A stretch of DNA of 64,000 bases, taken from assembly GCA_951406725.2 (NCBI GenBank), contig OX597819.1:7440001-7504000 (forward strand). Reading direction: 5' to 3'. This DNA comes from Octopus vulgaris. Its lineage: Eukaryota. The notes beneath the pieces were generated by a model. It did not search any database. It saw only the letters and a program-made list of their open reading frames with translations, and was not told the DNA's origin. A program made the translations under genes and the position numbers. Positions 11,941 to 25,401 of this stretch are shown here, in pieces (position 1 is the stretch's first letter; each line of letters opens with the position of its first letter).

Positions 11941-14900
11941 GGTATAAAGTCTTCTGGCAAGGTAACATGGATGGGGTAGGGGGTGTTGGCATATCCTTGC
12001 GGAGAAATGGGTGGATAAGGTCATAGAGGCTGTCAGGGTATGTGATAGAGTGCTTAAGCTCAGGCTAGTCCTACAGAACAGCACAGCTACAATTATCTCT
12101 GCCTACGCCCCACATGCGTGGCTACCAAATGATCAGAAGAACCACTTTTATGATACCCTTCTGCAGTCTACCTCAAAGACGAGTGGAAATGACCTCATCT
12201 TTGTGGCTGGAGACTTTAATGGGCATGTTGGATGGGAATCTGGTATCTTTACTGGGGTACACAGTGGCCATGGTATTGGCACCCGAAATGATGAGGGGAC
12301 TAGTCTACTGGAATTCTGTGATGCATGTAACCTTTTAATCTGCAACACTAACTTCAGGAAGCCAGACAGTCACCTTATAACCTATGAATCAGGGGACTCT
12401 GCAAGCCAGACTGATTTCATCCTCACCAGACAGTGGGACGCAGGGTTGCTCTTAAATACAAAGACCCTCCCGGGTGAAGAATGTACTCCCCAGCATAGGC
12501 TAGTCATTAGTGACTTTAGGCTTGAGGCCAGAAGGATACCAAGAAGCAGACCAATCCAGAAAAGAAGGATTTGGAAGCTAAAGAACCCTTCACATGGTCA
12601 GAGGTTTAGGGACATCCTCATCAAGAAATTTGATGAGAGGGAGGAGGAGCTTTGGACATAGAAGGTAGCTGGAAATTCCTATGGGACAGCTTGCTGAGTG
12701 CTACAGACCAAGTCTGCGGATGGTGCAAAGTCCATTCCAGACCCAGAGTTACATGGTGGTGGAATAGTATGGTAGACAAAGCCATTAGAGGAAAGAAACA
12801 GGCCTGGAAAGCCTGGAGGGATCGGGGTAGCAGGGAACTGTACCAAGTAGCCAAAAGGGAGGCTGGGCGGCAGGTATATACATAGCCAAAGATGTAGCAG
12901 AAAAGAAGAAGTTTGCCAATGTCCAGCGACGTGAGGACCAAAGAACTGAGGTATTTCGGATCGCGAGACAGTGTGTGAGAGAAAATAGCGATGTCACAGG
13001 AGAGAAATGCATCTGCATGGATGATGGTGCACTTGCCTTCAATGTTTCTGAAAAGAAAGAGGCTTGGAGAAGCCATTATGAAAGACTGTTGAATATGGAG
13101 AATGAATGGGAGGAGGAGAGTCTGCCAAATGCTGACCCAGTAGAGGAACCAGCTATCCCAATACACAGCTCCCTAGTAGATAAAGCAATTAAGGGTATGA
13201 AGCCAGGAAAAGCCCCTGGCCCATCAGGAATCACTGCTGAGATGCTTAAAACATCTGATGGTGTGGGCTATGGCCTAGTCAACCACATTGTAAACCAGGT
13301 AGTTCATAATGGAGTCATACCCAATGACTGGCATAGCAGCACCATAGTCAACTGCTACAAGAGTAAAAGTGATGCTCTAGATAGAAATAACTACAGGGGT
13401 ATTAAACTGCTGGATCAGGTGATGAAGGTCATAGTCCATCTCATTAGGGAGAGAGTCTGCTTAGATGAGATGCAGTTCGGTTTTGTTCCGGGTAAAAGCA
13501 CCACTGATGCCATATTCCTGGTTCGACAACTGCAGGAGAAATACCTAGCTAAAGATAAACCCCTCTACTCAGCTTTTGTGGACTTGGAGAAAGCCTTTGG
13601 CAGGGTCCCCCGATCCCTTATCTGGTGAGCAATGTGGGAATTGGAGATTGACAAATGGTTGATAAGGGTTGTACAAGCCCTATACAGAGAGGCCATAAGG
13701 TTGGGATTGGCAACGAGTATAGTGAAGAATTCTGGGTAGAAGTAGGGGCCCACCAAGGTTCAGCCCTCAGTCCCCTTCTATTCATCATAGTCCTCCAGGC
13801 AATAACAGAGGAATTCAAGATGGGGTGCCCCTGGGAGCTCCTCTATGCTGATGACCTGGCCCTCATAGCAGAATCACTACCGGAACTAGAGAAGAAATTT
13901 CGGGTGTGGAAGCTAGGTTTAGAATCAAAAGGCCTTAGAGTAAATGTAGCAAAGACCAAAGTTATAGTAAGCAGGATGGCGAACTCATCACACACCCCTC
14001 AGGAAGGTGGCCCTGCTCAATCTGTAGAAAAGGTGTAGGTAGAAACTCCATAAGATGTACCCAGTGTAAGCTATGGATGCATAAGAGGTAGAGCAACATC
14101 AAAGGAAAATTAACCGAGAAGATAGCTTTCGTGTGCAGCAGATGCACAGAGGTTCAGAAAACAGATTCGATCACACTCCAGGGGAAGAAACTAAAAGTAG
14201 TTGATAGTTTCCGCTACCTAGTTGATCAAGTTAGTGTTGGAGGTGGATGCTCAGAGAGTGTTACCACTAGAGTACGAATAGCCTGAGCAAAGTTTAGAAA
14301 GCTTCTACCCCTACTGGTGACAAAGGGTCTCTCGCTCAGAGTGAAAGGTAGATTGTACGATGGATGTGTGTGAACTGCCATGCTTCACGGTAGTGAAACA
14401 TGGGCTGTGACTGCAGAGAACATGTGTAGGCTTGAAAGAAATGAAGCTAGCATGATCCGCTGGATGTCAGTGTGCATACACAACAGAATGTAAGCGTCCT
14501 GAGAAAAATGCTGGACATAAGAAGCATCAGATGTGGTGTGCAAGAGAGACGTTTGCGCTGGTATGGCCATGCACTGCGGATGGATGAGGAGAGATGTGTG
14601 AAGAAGTGCCACTCCCAAACAGTTGAAGGTATCCGAGGGAGAGGTAGACCCAGGAAGACACGGGATGAGGTGGTCAAGCATGACCTTTGAACGTTGGGCC
14701 TCACAAAGGCAATGATGAAAGACTGAGATCTCTGGAGATATGCTGTGACTGCAAAGACCCGATAAATAATGTGAGTTCATGGCTGTTTCATGCACCAGTT
14801 TCACATAGCCCCAGCCCATCAAAGTATCTTGAATTGCAGAACGACCAGCTGTGCTTACCTTGGGTTGTAGGGTGACCTGCTGTGCTTGAGGAGAGTCAAG

Positions 14901-15138
14901 TACATCAACATCAAAATAAATATCAAATGGAAATTGTAGTTGTGATACCTGTTCCGGTGGCACGTAAAAGGCACCCACTACACTCACGGAGTGGTTGACG
15001 TTAGAAAGGGTATCCAGCTGCAGAAACACTGCCAGATCAGACTGGAGCCTGGTGCAGCCTCCTGGCTTCCCAGACACTGGTCGAACCGTCCAACCCGTGC
15101 TAGCACGGAAAACGGACGTTAAACGATGATGATGATGA
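11941..15138 (+). mobile_element. RTE-clade LINE, 5' truncated and decayed (APE endonuclease + RT)
   Basis: IISAYAP, AGDFNGHVG, NYRGIKLL, QGSALSPLLF, YADD; several stops and frameshifts; (GAT)n tail; flanked by (TA)n. Confidence 0.97.
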
Positions 15139-15202
15139 TATATATATATGTACACATATGTGTGTCAATGTCATTTTGATGCTTCTTTATTAATATTACC
15201 TA

Positions 15203-15608
15203 GGCGCAGGAGTGGCTGTGTGGTAAGTAGCTTGCTAACCAACCACATGGTTCCGGGTTCAGTCCCACTGCGTGGCATCTTGGGCAAGTGTCTTCTGCTA
15301 TAGCCCCGGGCCGACCAATGCCTTGTGAGTGGATTTGGTAGACGGAAACTGAAAGAAGCCTGTTGTATATATGTATATATATATATATATATGTATGTGT
15401 ATGTGTTTGTGTTTGTCCCCCTAGCATTGCTTGACAACCGATGCTGGTGTGTTTACGTCCCCGTCACTTAGCGGTTCGGCAAAAGAGACTGATAGAATAA
15501 GTACTGGGCTTACAAAAGAATAAGTCCCGCGGTCGAGTTGCTCAATTAAAGGTGGTGTTCCAGCATGGCCACAGTCAAATGACTGAAACAAGTAAAAGAG
15601 TAAAGAGA
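15203..15608 (+). mobile_element. SINE family A
   Basis: Full length. Confidence 0.95.
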
Positions 15609-16081
15609 AGGAGAAGGAGAGTTAAAACTGTGTCTTTGATTACATTAACCATAGTTTCAGCTTTTTATATATGAGGATTACAAATGACAGCAAAATAGCT
15701 TAATTGAAAAACAGGTAAGGATGGAAAGATAGATGTTAAAATGATGATACATACACACCTTTACTTAATTCTTAATAGTGAATGTTATATGTAAAATAAG
15801 AAATATTATTTCAAGCCAATGAACTTGGTTCTAAATCTTTCCAAACATGACTGTATTTATTCATATGCAATATGCACTTTTTGCAGGGAGACTTTTAAAT
15901 TTTAAAATTGGGAAAATTGCTGCATTATACACGAGAACTAAATCTCACCTGTTTTTCTAGTCTCAAGTGTGTGGTCATAATTAAGGAGGCATAGATATTT
16001 TCTAAAGTCAACTGATGTGTAGCAAAAAGTTTTAAATTACTATAACAATGTTACATTTTTCACCTTGATAGAAATCATAAT

Positions 16082-16282
16082 TTAACCCTTTCGTTACTGT
16101 ATTTATTTTGAGATGTTCAGTGTTTCTTTCAATTACTTTAAATATAAGAAAGAATTTAGTAAAATAACTTAGTTATCACTAAATTAGTGTTAGGGACATG
16201 AATTGTGACTAAGGTTTGGTGGAAATTTTGAATTCAAAACTTATGAAAACAAGACATTTGTACTACAGAGCAAAAGGGTTAA
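16082..16282. mobile_element. TTAA MITE family 1
   Basis: Both termini, small internal deletion. Confidence 0.88.
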
Positions 16283-16947
16283 ATAGCATTTTCCATAATG
16301 AAAGCATTTTCAGTTTCAACTAAAATATTTAACGAACATAGGTATTTCATTTTAGGTTTGTTCATATTCTGATAAGGAAAATATTAATTTTGTTTCAACA
16401 ATGAAAGTATTACATACTGGCCTTCCATACTGAATTTTGTTGATAGTAATTCCATAGGATGTGTGTTTGTCAGCTGTGCAGTTAATGCTGCTTTTGAAAT
16501 TGTTTTTTGTTTAGTAAAGGATTTGTAAACTTTTTCAATGTACTTATTTGACAGAGCTATTATAATCAATTTGACTAAACTCCTGGTGCATATTATACAG
16601 GAGACATTCCTGCGGTTTCATTGTCCATAAAATGGTTCACATTATATGTGAGTGCATATTTTACATAAATATACACACAACTTCCATTTCATTTCATTGC
16701 TGTTTCAAGTTGGAATGTATAGAACTGTCTACAAGAATTTGGATATCTCTGTTCTTTTGGAACAACTATTTTTACAATGGATAGCTTTTTTTTTTCTCCT
16801 GCTAACTCCTGAAATGTGAAAACAGGATGGAACTGGTTTTTAGTCCATGGGGTTAATGAAAAGGACAACAAACTAACCGGCTAATTGCAACACCATCATC
16901 TATTGTTGCACTGTCAGTTTATATATTACTGGTAGACAGATGAATCA

Positions 16948-16966
16948 CTGCTGCCTCTAGTGGCCA
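16948..16966 (-). promoter_or_regulatory. CTCF-like motif
   Basis: Minus strand TGGCCACTAGAGGCAGCAG in apparently unique DNA; motif resemblance only. Confidence 0.3.
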
Positions 16967-17317
16967 AGTGTCCATCACTGACGAGACCAAATAAGGTCAA
17001 AATCATGGGATCTGGTGGTCTTGTCACTGGAGGTAGCAAGGATTTATCTTGCTAGTGATATAAATAAAGAGTGCATTTTGCTCCAAAGAGCCAATATGAG
17101 AGTTTCTCTCAAGGTAACTACCACAGTATAGTTTGTTCTAATAGAACATCCATGTTTAAGTGGGGATAAATATTACAACATTATGAGTACATGACATTTG
17201 AACTAATGACTCTCTGGTCAGGTTTCCAGCTTTTCAACTCAAAGAACCTTAAAAATAATTAGGAATCTTGACGTGATAATAAATTATACAATCTTATTCA
17301 ATTCCTTTTATATCTAA

Positions 17318-17717
17318 CTGGCAGTATCGCCCGGCGTTGCTGGGGTTTGTAAAGGAAATAACTATATAAGCATTTTTAGAGAGTTATAGCCAAAAAATAG
17401 CAAAAAAATGCATTAAAAATGGAAAAAAAATGATGGTAAATTTTTTTTTAAATCGTTGACTCATCGTAGACAATTTTAGAGAGTTACTTCCCTTATATAA
17501 TAGCGAAAAATGCATTAAAATGGAAAAAAATGATGGTAAATTATTTTTAAAATCGTAGACTCATCGTAGACACGCGCTAATACCCTGAAGGGCTCGATAT
17601 GAATCACGACTATAAGATACCCGGTTTTGGTTAAACTGCACCGCAAAATGTGGGAGTAGTTAGGAATCTAAATCGTAGGAGACAGACAGCACACAACCTC
17701 TCTTTTATATATAAAGA
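17318..17717 (-). mobile_element. non-autonomous Helitron
   Basis: Reverse complement of 6943-7341; ends CCAG. Confidence 0.88.
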
Positions 17718-18167
17718 TTTCTCTTTGTCGAGCTGTGTTGTGATGTGTCTCTGAACAAAGACACATAATTCTTGCTAGCTTAGTCCAGCAAGCTTTTGAT
17801 AAATCTCATCAAAAGGTATAGCTCTTATCTGTATAAGATTTCTTATATATAAAGATTTCTATTTTCAGCTGTTGCAGGTGAAGAATGAAAAGGTAAACAT
17901 AAAACAAAATGAAAATATAAATAAGGCAAATGACTTACAAAATGAAAAGAAATGCACACTGATATACGTGTAGGATGATGACTTGAATAAAACAATGAAA
18001 AATAAACTTAGTGTTATGAAATTTCTAAAAATACACTGACCAAGCAATTCCTGATATATGTCTAGATCTGTGTTCACATGAAGTAGTTTGGTAGGCACCT
18101 TGCTCACGCTGCCGAATGAATACGCCTTGAAGCAAGCAAAAATTCCAGTTGAATCTTTACTTGATAT

Positions 18168-18377
18168 ACTCTTTTACTCTTTTACTTGTTTCAGTCATTT
18201 GACTGCGGCCATGCTGGAACACCACCTTTAGTCGAGAAATCGACCCTGGGACTTATTCTTTTTTGTAAGCCCAGTACTTATTCTATCGATCTCTTTTGCC
18301 GAACCGCTAAGTGACGGGGATGTAAACACACCAGCATTGGTTGTCAAGCAATGCTAGGGGGACAAACACAAACACAC

Positions 18378-18428
<51 letters not shown>

Positions 18429-18593
18429 TACGACAGGCTTCTTTCAGTTTCCGTCTACCAAATCCACTCACAAGGCATTGGTCGGCCCGGGGCTATAGCA
18501 GAAGACATTTGCCCAAAATGCCACGCAGTGGGACTGAACCCAGAACCATGTGGTTGGTTAGCAAGCTATCTACCACACAGCCACTCCTGCGCC
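18168..18593 (-). mobile_element. SINE family A
   Basis: Full length. Confidence 0.95.
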
Positions 18594-19633
18594 TGTTAAG
18601 ATTGTTTTTTTTACGGCTAGATCAATCTGTGAGAATAGGAAGAATTTATTCTCAGACCAAAGATTCAACTTCAACGCTTGTAACAGAAAGGACTCTGCTA
18701 AAGACCACATGAGAAAGGTGATCTTGTAAAACAGTGAAATGAATTGTCTACTACCACCACCACTTTCAACCACGAACAAAACTGGTATTATCCAACAGAC
18801 TTCTACACAATTTCTATCAAACAAATTTCATTAACAAGTCTTTGGTTAACCAAAGGCTATGGTAGAAGAAACTTGCTCAAGGTCCAATATAACAGTAGTG
18901 AAACACCTTAACCACAGCACAGATATGACCTTGGCATTAGCATATAATAATAATTCTCAAAATTAATTTTCACCTGTACATTAAAAATCAATGAATGTAA
19001 ACTGACTGTAACCTGTTTGACCTTGTCAACATAAGTCCATGACTCATTTCTTTCATTTCCTTCTCAATGATGACTTCTATGAGTTTCATAGAACCAGATA
19101 CTTACAAGATTTCTCCCTGTCATACACTACTGGTTTCATTTCTTTCGAAAATTCCAATTATCAGTAATCATCAACCCAAAACACAAATATCTCTTAAGTC
19201 CTTGAAGGACTTAGGGTTGATGATTATACCAGGTCTCAAAGTCTTAGTTGCATAAGAGATAGGGTACCAAGTGATCTTAGATAACATTCCTTGTAGCCAG
19301 GTAAACTAAGGCAATGTAGAATTCAGTGTTGTGTCCAATACACAATTATATGGCAGTAGTAAATTTGAATTTAAAATCTAAGACCTGATAATCCAATTCT
19401 TATATTCAGCTGGCCATTTCATGTGTACAAGCTTCAGCTGACACAAGCATCCTGGATGTTATAGAACTTTGCATTCCTGAAAATCTTGTCATTACACAGA
19501 ATTCTGTAATGTGAAATCTAAATTATGAAAACAATGTTTCATGAGAAAAAAACCCCCCACAGCTTTGTATGATATCTCATAATTAGAACCACAAGTGCAA
19601 GTCATAATACTTCTGCTAACATTTCATGGTGGT

Positions 19634-19936
19634 TCACGCACGCATAACCAAGATTGCATCACAAAAGCGGACTCTCATCTCAGAACCAAAATCTTTAGCA
19701 GTAGCAGACTGTATGGAATGGTAAAACACGAATACCACAAACAGATTAAATGCTGGTCTAGTGTATGGTGATACGCTAAAGTATTGCTCTCGGGTGTAGT
19801 GTATTGGGGATGAGGAGCTGTGCCGCTGAACAGAGAGAGCTAGCGAAAGGCTTTCTCCCGCATTACACTTTTTGAAAAAAATCAGCCTTTTGCTACTACT
19901 AAAACAGCTGCTGTTCTTTTTATAATCTGCCGACAT
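19634..19936 (-). CDS. candidate coding exon, unknown product
   Basis: 100-codon ORF in non-repeat DNA; upstream acceptor tgttttcag near 19976; hydrophobic stretch FNLFVVFVFY..ATA; weak donor GTGCGT; no recognised homology. Confidence 0.2.
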   Translation of the reverse strand: MSADYKKNSSCFSSSKRLIFFKKCNAGESLSLALSVQRHSSSSPIHYTREQYFSVSPYTRPAFNLFVVFVFYHSIQSATAKDFGSEMRVRFCDAILVMRA

Positions 19937-20898
19937 AATCCTGCCCTTTTTGTGTTAACCCTGTCTAACAACAGACTGAAAACATTTTGTTCAATCTTTC
20001 CTCATTTAGAACTTCCCTGTTTATATATATTCCCCCTTAAACATTAAGCTGGAAAAATCCAAATAATCATTAAGCTACAGTAAATCTCACTCAAGTTATC
20101 TTTAGAACTCCCGTACAACAAAGGGACTCTGAAAGTGCTGCGGGCATTTTCTATACAACAAAGTAGGAAGAAAAATGAAGTGAAATTATATATAAATAAA
20201 TAGAAAAAAACCCAGAAAATTCATTTAATATAGCATTGATATCAAAGTCATGTCATCCAGTTGCAAATGGTAGCGAGATCGATATCACAAACACCGTTAT
20301 TATTAATAATAATAGGGACAAGCAGACACATATAGGAAAAAAGACAATATAAATAAGGTATCAATAAAGAGAAAGTAAGAATGAATGACTATAAAAATAA
20401 TGACGTCTTGGCTCGGCTGAATTCTGAATTTTAAGAGAATCACATTCACCTTGAATGATTATCGAAAGCAAGTTAGAGGTGAATTTACGATGGAAATAAA
20501 TCCAGGTCTTTTACGATTTAATTAATTTCTATAAAGACATAAACAAGATGCGACATCAAATTGTCATTATATACACAACAGAAGGCGTAAACAGTCCGGT
20601 TCTTTCGTAAAATAGAAAGTATTTAAATGTTCATAGCAAACCTAGCAGCTGTTTGTGTGTTTCATTGAGGAAATTAATTCGATCTTTCTTCTCCGTTTTC
20701 GGTGTTTATTCCGAAGGAGGAAGAAAAAAATAGGGAAGTTTTCTTTTGTTTTTTTTTTTTTTTTTTTTGTATCAATCACTGAACCTAAAAACGTAGTAAA
20801 ATAAATCGGTTTCCAATTTAGGGAAGAAAACTTCTTAACAGGGGACGAAATGACAAATATTATGGTTGTGGAGGGTTCTGCTAATATTATAAAGAGGC

Positions 20899-21280
20899 GG
20901 AGGCGCAATGGCCCAGTGGTTAGGGCAGCGGACTCGCGGTCGTAGGATCGCGGTTTCGATTCCCAAACCGGGCGTTGTGAGTGTTTATTGAGCGAAAACA
21001 CCTAAAGCTCCATGAGGCTCCGGCAGGGGATGGTGGTGATCCCTGCTGTACTCTTTCACCACAACTTTCTCTCACTCTTACTTCCTGTTTCTGTTGTACC
21101 TGTATTTCAAAGGGCCGGACTTGTCACTCTCTGTGTCATGCTGAATATCCCCGAGAACTGCGTTAAGGGTACACGTGTCTGTGGAGTGCTCAGCCACTTA
21201 CACGTTAATTTCACGAGCAGGCTGTTCCGTTGATTTGGATCAACCGGAACCCTCGTCGTCGTAACCGACGGAGTGCTTCC
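20899..21280 (+). mobile_element. tRNA-derived SINE family B
   Basis: GGAGGCGCAATGGCCCAGTGGTTAGG..GGTTTCGATTCC head; CpGs intact. Confidence 0.93.
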
Positions 21281-23008
21281 AACCACACATGAAAGAGACT
21301 GAGGTTTGTTTTCGTTTCTGAGTTTTCTGCTTCTTGTCCCAAACAGTCCCACATGTCCCACATGTTGCTGTCGGGGGCGGCGAAATAAACCCCCCTCCCC
21401 CCTCACTCGGCAATTTAAAAGCAGAAACACAAATTAGGAGCAGGAAATCAGGGGTGACGCTAGCAATTAATTAAATTACTAAAATATAATGAATGTTTGA
21501 GAAGATTCGGTTGAAGCAAAGAGAAAACTTACGACGATTCTTGGAGAGATCCACATGGAAGAGCGGACGAAAACTGTTGGCGGAAGTTTGGAATTATACT
21601 CTCAAACCAAAAGCAATTACTTTAAATTTACTTTTAAAAATCCAGATTTTTTATTTCCTTTCTAGTTAGAATCAAAGAAAGTGACAGCCGAAATACATCA
21701 ACGTCTCTAACTGATAAACAAAAGTCGACATTTACTTTAATTTTCGTTGATATAACAATAAGCAACTGCTTAAAGAGTTATTTTTCGGTGCCATTAGATG
21801 TTTATACTCCCCGATTTTAAAAGTTTGCTTTCTCAGTAAAAGACTTCAAATAAAGTCTGCTTGTATTTTTCAGCTGCTAATTTAACCACATAAGATACCT
21901 TTTAAAAATGATAATGATTTGTAAATTATTTAAGCATAATTTCTCGTTTTAATTTTGTTTTCCTTCTAAAGAGCGGCATGGGCTAACTAAATTTCAGAGG
22001 GTGGAAGACTTTTAAAAGAATAGCCTTAAGAAAGAACTTCCTTTTTAGTAATAATTACTTCAGTTCGGACCAAGGCAGAAAAGGTGAGCGATAAAATACT
22101 TTTGTTTCTTGCACGAAACAAGCTAGAAATTTCATTACTCTGTTAGAATTTAACTTCATTCTTGCAGTTTCCATTCATTCCTTAATCAAACACACTTTTT
22201 TCATTGTTGAGAGTCTTAATATGGGCAATAATACAGATGTTTATTAATTTTAAAATTATTAAACTTTTATTTTCACTCAACGATTTAAAAAAAAAAATTG
22301 CAATTAATTAGCATTCTAAGCAGACGTCATTGATTAAGTTCTGCTATCAGAATTGATAATGTTTTACTGCAAAGAGTTTGCTTTTACTGTGTTGAAATGT
22401 CACTTGCAAGTGCGCCTAATCCGTCGCTTTCCCCTTCGCCGCCTTCTGCGCTGATCGGCAGCCAACAAAGCTAACTTTTCCAACTTTATAACGACGACGC
22501 CTTTGAAAGAAAATCTATCGGAATCACACACACGTAGATTGAAAAAGAAAAAAAGTAGTTTGTTACTTTTCCATTCTTATACTACAAATTGCTTTCATTT
22601 TCCCATATTTCTCCCCAACAGTATAATATTGTTTAGATACTTTTCCAATCGGGAACTGGAATGTCTGCAGACTTGCCATTTAGATTTCTAAAGGATTAAT
22701 TTTGCACACACACACACACAGAGCCGATCTATTGAAATCATTATTAATATTTTTCTTTCTGCATATATTTGAGTTCTATTTAAATTGTTTTCTAATCCCA
22801 CAAACTATTAAAGTTACAAATACTCATTCATAGTATGATGATAGAAAAAAGTGTTAACTAATTCATTTTTCATGTTTAGCTTTTAGGTAATAGTATCGTA
22901 GTACCTAGCTTTTATATATATATGTCTTTTTTTTAGCAATGTATCTTTTATAGCTACCTATAAATGCACGCAATCATTGTGTTATAGAAAAAACTTTTTA
23001 TGCGTGTG

Positions 23009-23235
23009 TGAGCTGGCAGAAACGTTAGCACGTCGGGCGAAATGCTTAGCGGTATTTCGTCTGCCGTTACGTTGTGAGTTCAAATTCCGCCGAGGTCGAC
23101 TTTGCCTTTCACCCTTTCGGGGGTCGATAAATTAAGTACCATTAACGTACTGGGGTCGATGTAATCGATTTAATCCCTTTGTCTGTCCTTGTTTGTCCCC
23201 TCTGTGTTTAGCCCCTTGTGGGTAATTAAGAAATA
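23009..23235 (+). mobile_element. SINE family C
   Basis: Family match. Confidence 0.92.
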
Positions 23236-23519
23236 TATTAATTGTCGTCTTTTTTCTACTTTGAAGACTGAGAGATTCGCAAAGCTGAGCCCATGCACCT
23301 ACGCACGCTTTGTGTTAGCTTGCTTACAAGTGCCAGTTAAACGAAAACCAACCATCAGCCAGTAAATCTATGACGTCTTACTGACTTGCTACAATCTGTT
23401 CACAAGGAATTGTCTGACTCGAACAGACCAGAACCAGTTGTGGTGAGGCAGTCAAACCAATCACACGGTTCCTGTTGATGGTGCAAACGGTTATTCTCCA
23501 CTCGGAGTACCTACCAAAA

Positions 23520-23565
23520 ATGGAACTAAGCTTTCTCATCCTTCTTAATTTAGCCACACTTTGGG
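23520..23565 (+). CDS. candidate signal-peptide first exon MELSFLILLNLATLW, phase 1
   Basis: caaaaATGg start context, hydrophobic peptide, donor G|GTAAGT at 23566, CpG-retaining unique flanks. Confidence 0.35.
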
Positions 23566-24340
23566 GTAAGTATTTTCTCTTTTCCAAATTATTCTCTTCT
23601 AATTCCGTTTTATATCTTGGATGTCGCATATGAGAGCAGCATCAGTTCTCACCAATTTTCAATCGTATGCTTTCGGAATCTGTTTATGTAACCAGCGCAT
23701 TAGTGCGAACGTTTAGCGCACGGAGGTCTCATGGCTTCGATTCTTTGATGGACCAATCTCACTTCACTCATTTTGAGAAAAGCATGAATATCGCACATTA
23801 ATCCTAATTCTATAATTACCGGCTTCAATGGAAGATCTTCGCTTAGGTAAATGTCAAAGAATGTTTTGACAATGTTAAAAGGAAAATATTTGGAAATGTA
23901 GTTATAAGGGGTAATTTGAGGTGCTAAATCTAGAGTTCCCCCAGTTGTTGTTTAGCCCCAGGTCAGCTGTAATTGACCAAATCTATCTTCAGAGGCGCTA
24001 AGCCGTGGCCATCCAATTCTATTTTCTAGTATACTTCCGTAAATTGAAAGAAAAATGGTCTGCTTTTTCTAGCGGGTTGAGTCTCTATGTAGAGCATGTA
24101 TGGGTAACCTTTTTCTAGAAACAAGGCTTATCAGGTGGGCCGCACTCCTAAATAAGTTTTAAGGTAAATTTCCGTTTGGTGTGCCATTCAGGAAGGAGTC
24201 CCCGCGTACTGCTATTTTCCCTTAACCAATGTAGGGGCTCTCCCTTTGACTTGATGAAAAGAACATTTTTAAAGGTAAATCTCGATAATTACGAAATACA
24301 CACCCGATGTGTCTATGGTCAGTGTGATGGTCACAGCTAA

Positions 24341-24688
24341 TCTTTAACTACTCCCACATTTTGCGGTGCAGTTTAACCAAAACCGGGTATCTTATAGTCG
24401 TGATTCATATCGAGCCCTTCTGGGTTTTAGCGCGCGTCTACGATGAGTACGATTTTAAAAATAATTTACCATTATTTTTTTCCATTTTAATGCATTTTTT
24501 CGCTATTATATAAGGGAAGTAACTCTCTAAAAATGTCTACGATGAGTCAACGATTTTTATAAAAATTTATCATAGTTTATTTTTTCATTTTTAATGCATT
24601 TTTTTGCTATTTTTTGGCTATAACTCTCTAAAAATGCTTTATAGTTAGTTCCCTTACAAATCCGAGCAACGCCGGGCGATACTGCTAG
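24341..24688 (+). mobile_element. non-autonomous Helitron with deletion near the 5' end
   Basis: A|TCTTT joined to family body; hairpin then CTAG|T. Confidence 0.86.
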
Positions 24689-25401
24689 TGTATAAATATA
24701 GGAAAAGGAAGGATACAAGTGAAAATTGTTTGAAAGTTTTAACTAAATATAATTTCGGTGGAATTTTTCTCACACCATTTACTTCAGAGAACCCCGCATT
24801 CAGGATTACCACTTTCTGTGCAATATATATTTTCTTGAAAGAACTTTTCATATTATAGAAAACGCACTGTACTAATACTTTCATTATTTTTCTCGGGTGT
24901 CCTTCAATAGATCCCTTACCTTATGGAATTCAGGAATATGAATGAAAGATACGTCTTAACTGGGATTTGGACACAAATTTTATTAGAAATGAACCGGATT
25001 TTTTTTTTTTAGCAAAGTCTGTAATCTGACGTTCCACTCTCGATCGTCTCCCCCAATGTTATATCAAAAGTAGTTATCAATATAAAGAATACTGTTGTGA
25101 AATTATGTAGTGATCCAATGTACAGAGAACAAAAGCTGTCAGAAGAATTAGTGGGGAAGCTGGTGGTAGATAAAACAAATGCTTTTTAACTGGGATACCA
25201 ATTTTAAGATCAGTGCTGTAATAGATTTAGAATTGATTAAAATAGTTTCTTTCCAACAGATTTTCATTGTTTTCAAGTTGAAACTTGAGAAAATTGTTAT
25301 CTCAATGTTTGGACTGCTTGTTGCTTGTTTTATACCAGAGTCAAAATACCGAACAAAGTATAAAAAGTAAACTTTTCGTTTTATATATGTATATATATAT
25401 A

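Noticed and set aside
14385-15155. 256-aa minus-strand ORF
   Set aside because: Antisense to the RTE C-terminus and tail.
15661-15720. ttttcag..CAG|GTAAGG exon-like segment
   Set aside because: Stops in all three frames and no other support.
20899-20975. tRNA-like sequence (also heads of SINE A and B copies)
   Set aside because: Continues into a SINE body in multiple copies; no proper acceptor stem.
21346-21368. p53-like double CATG site
   Set aside because: Half-sites are 9 nt apart rather than 10 and lack purine flanks.
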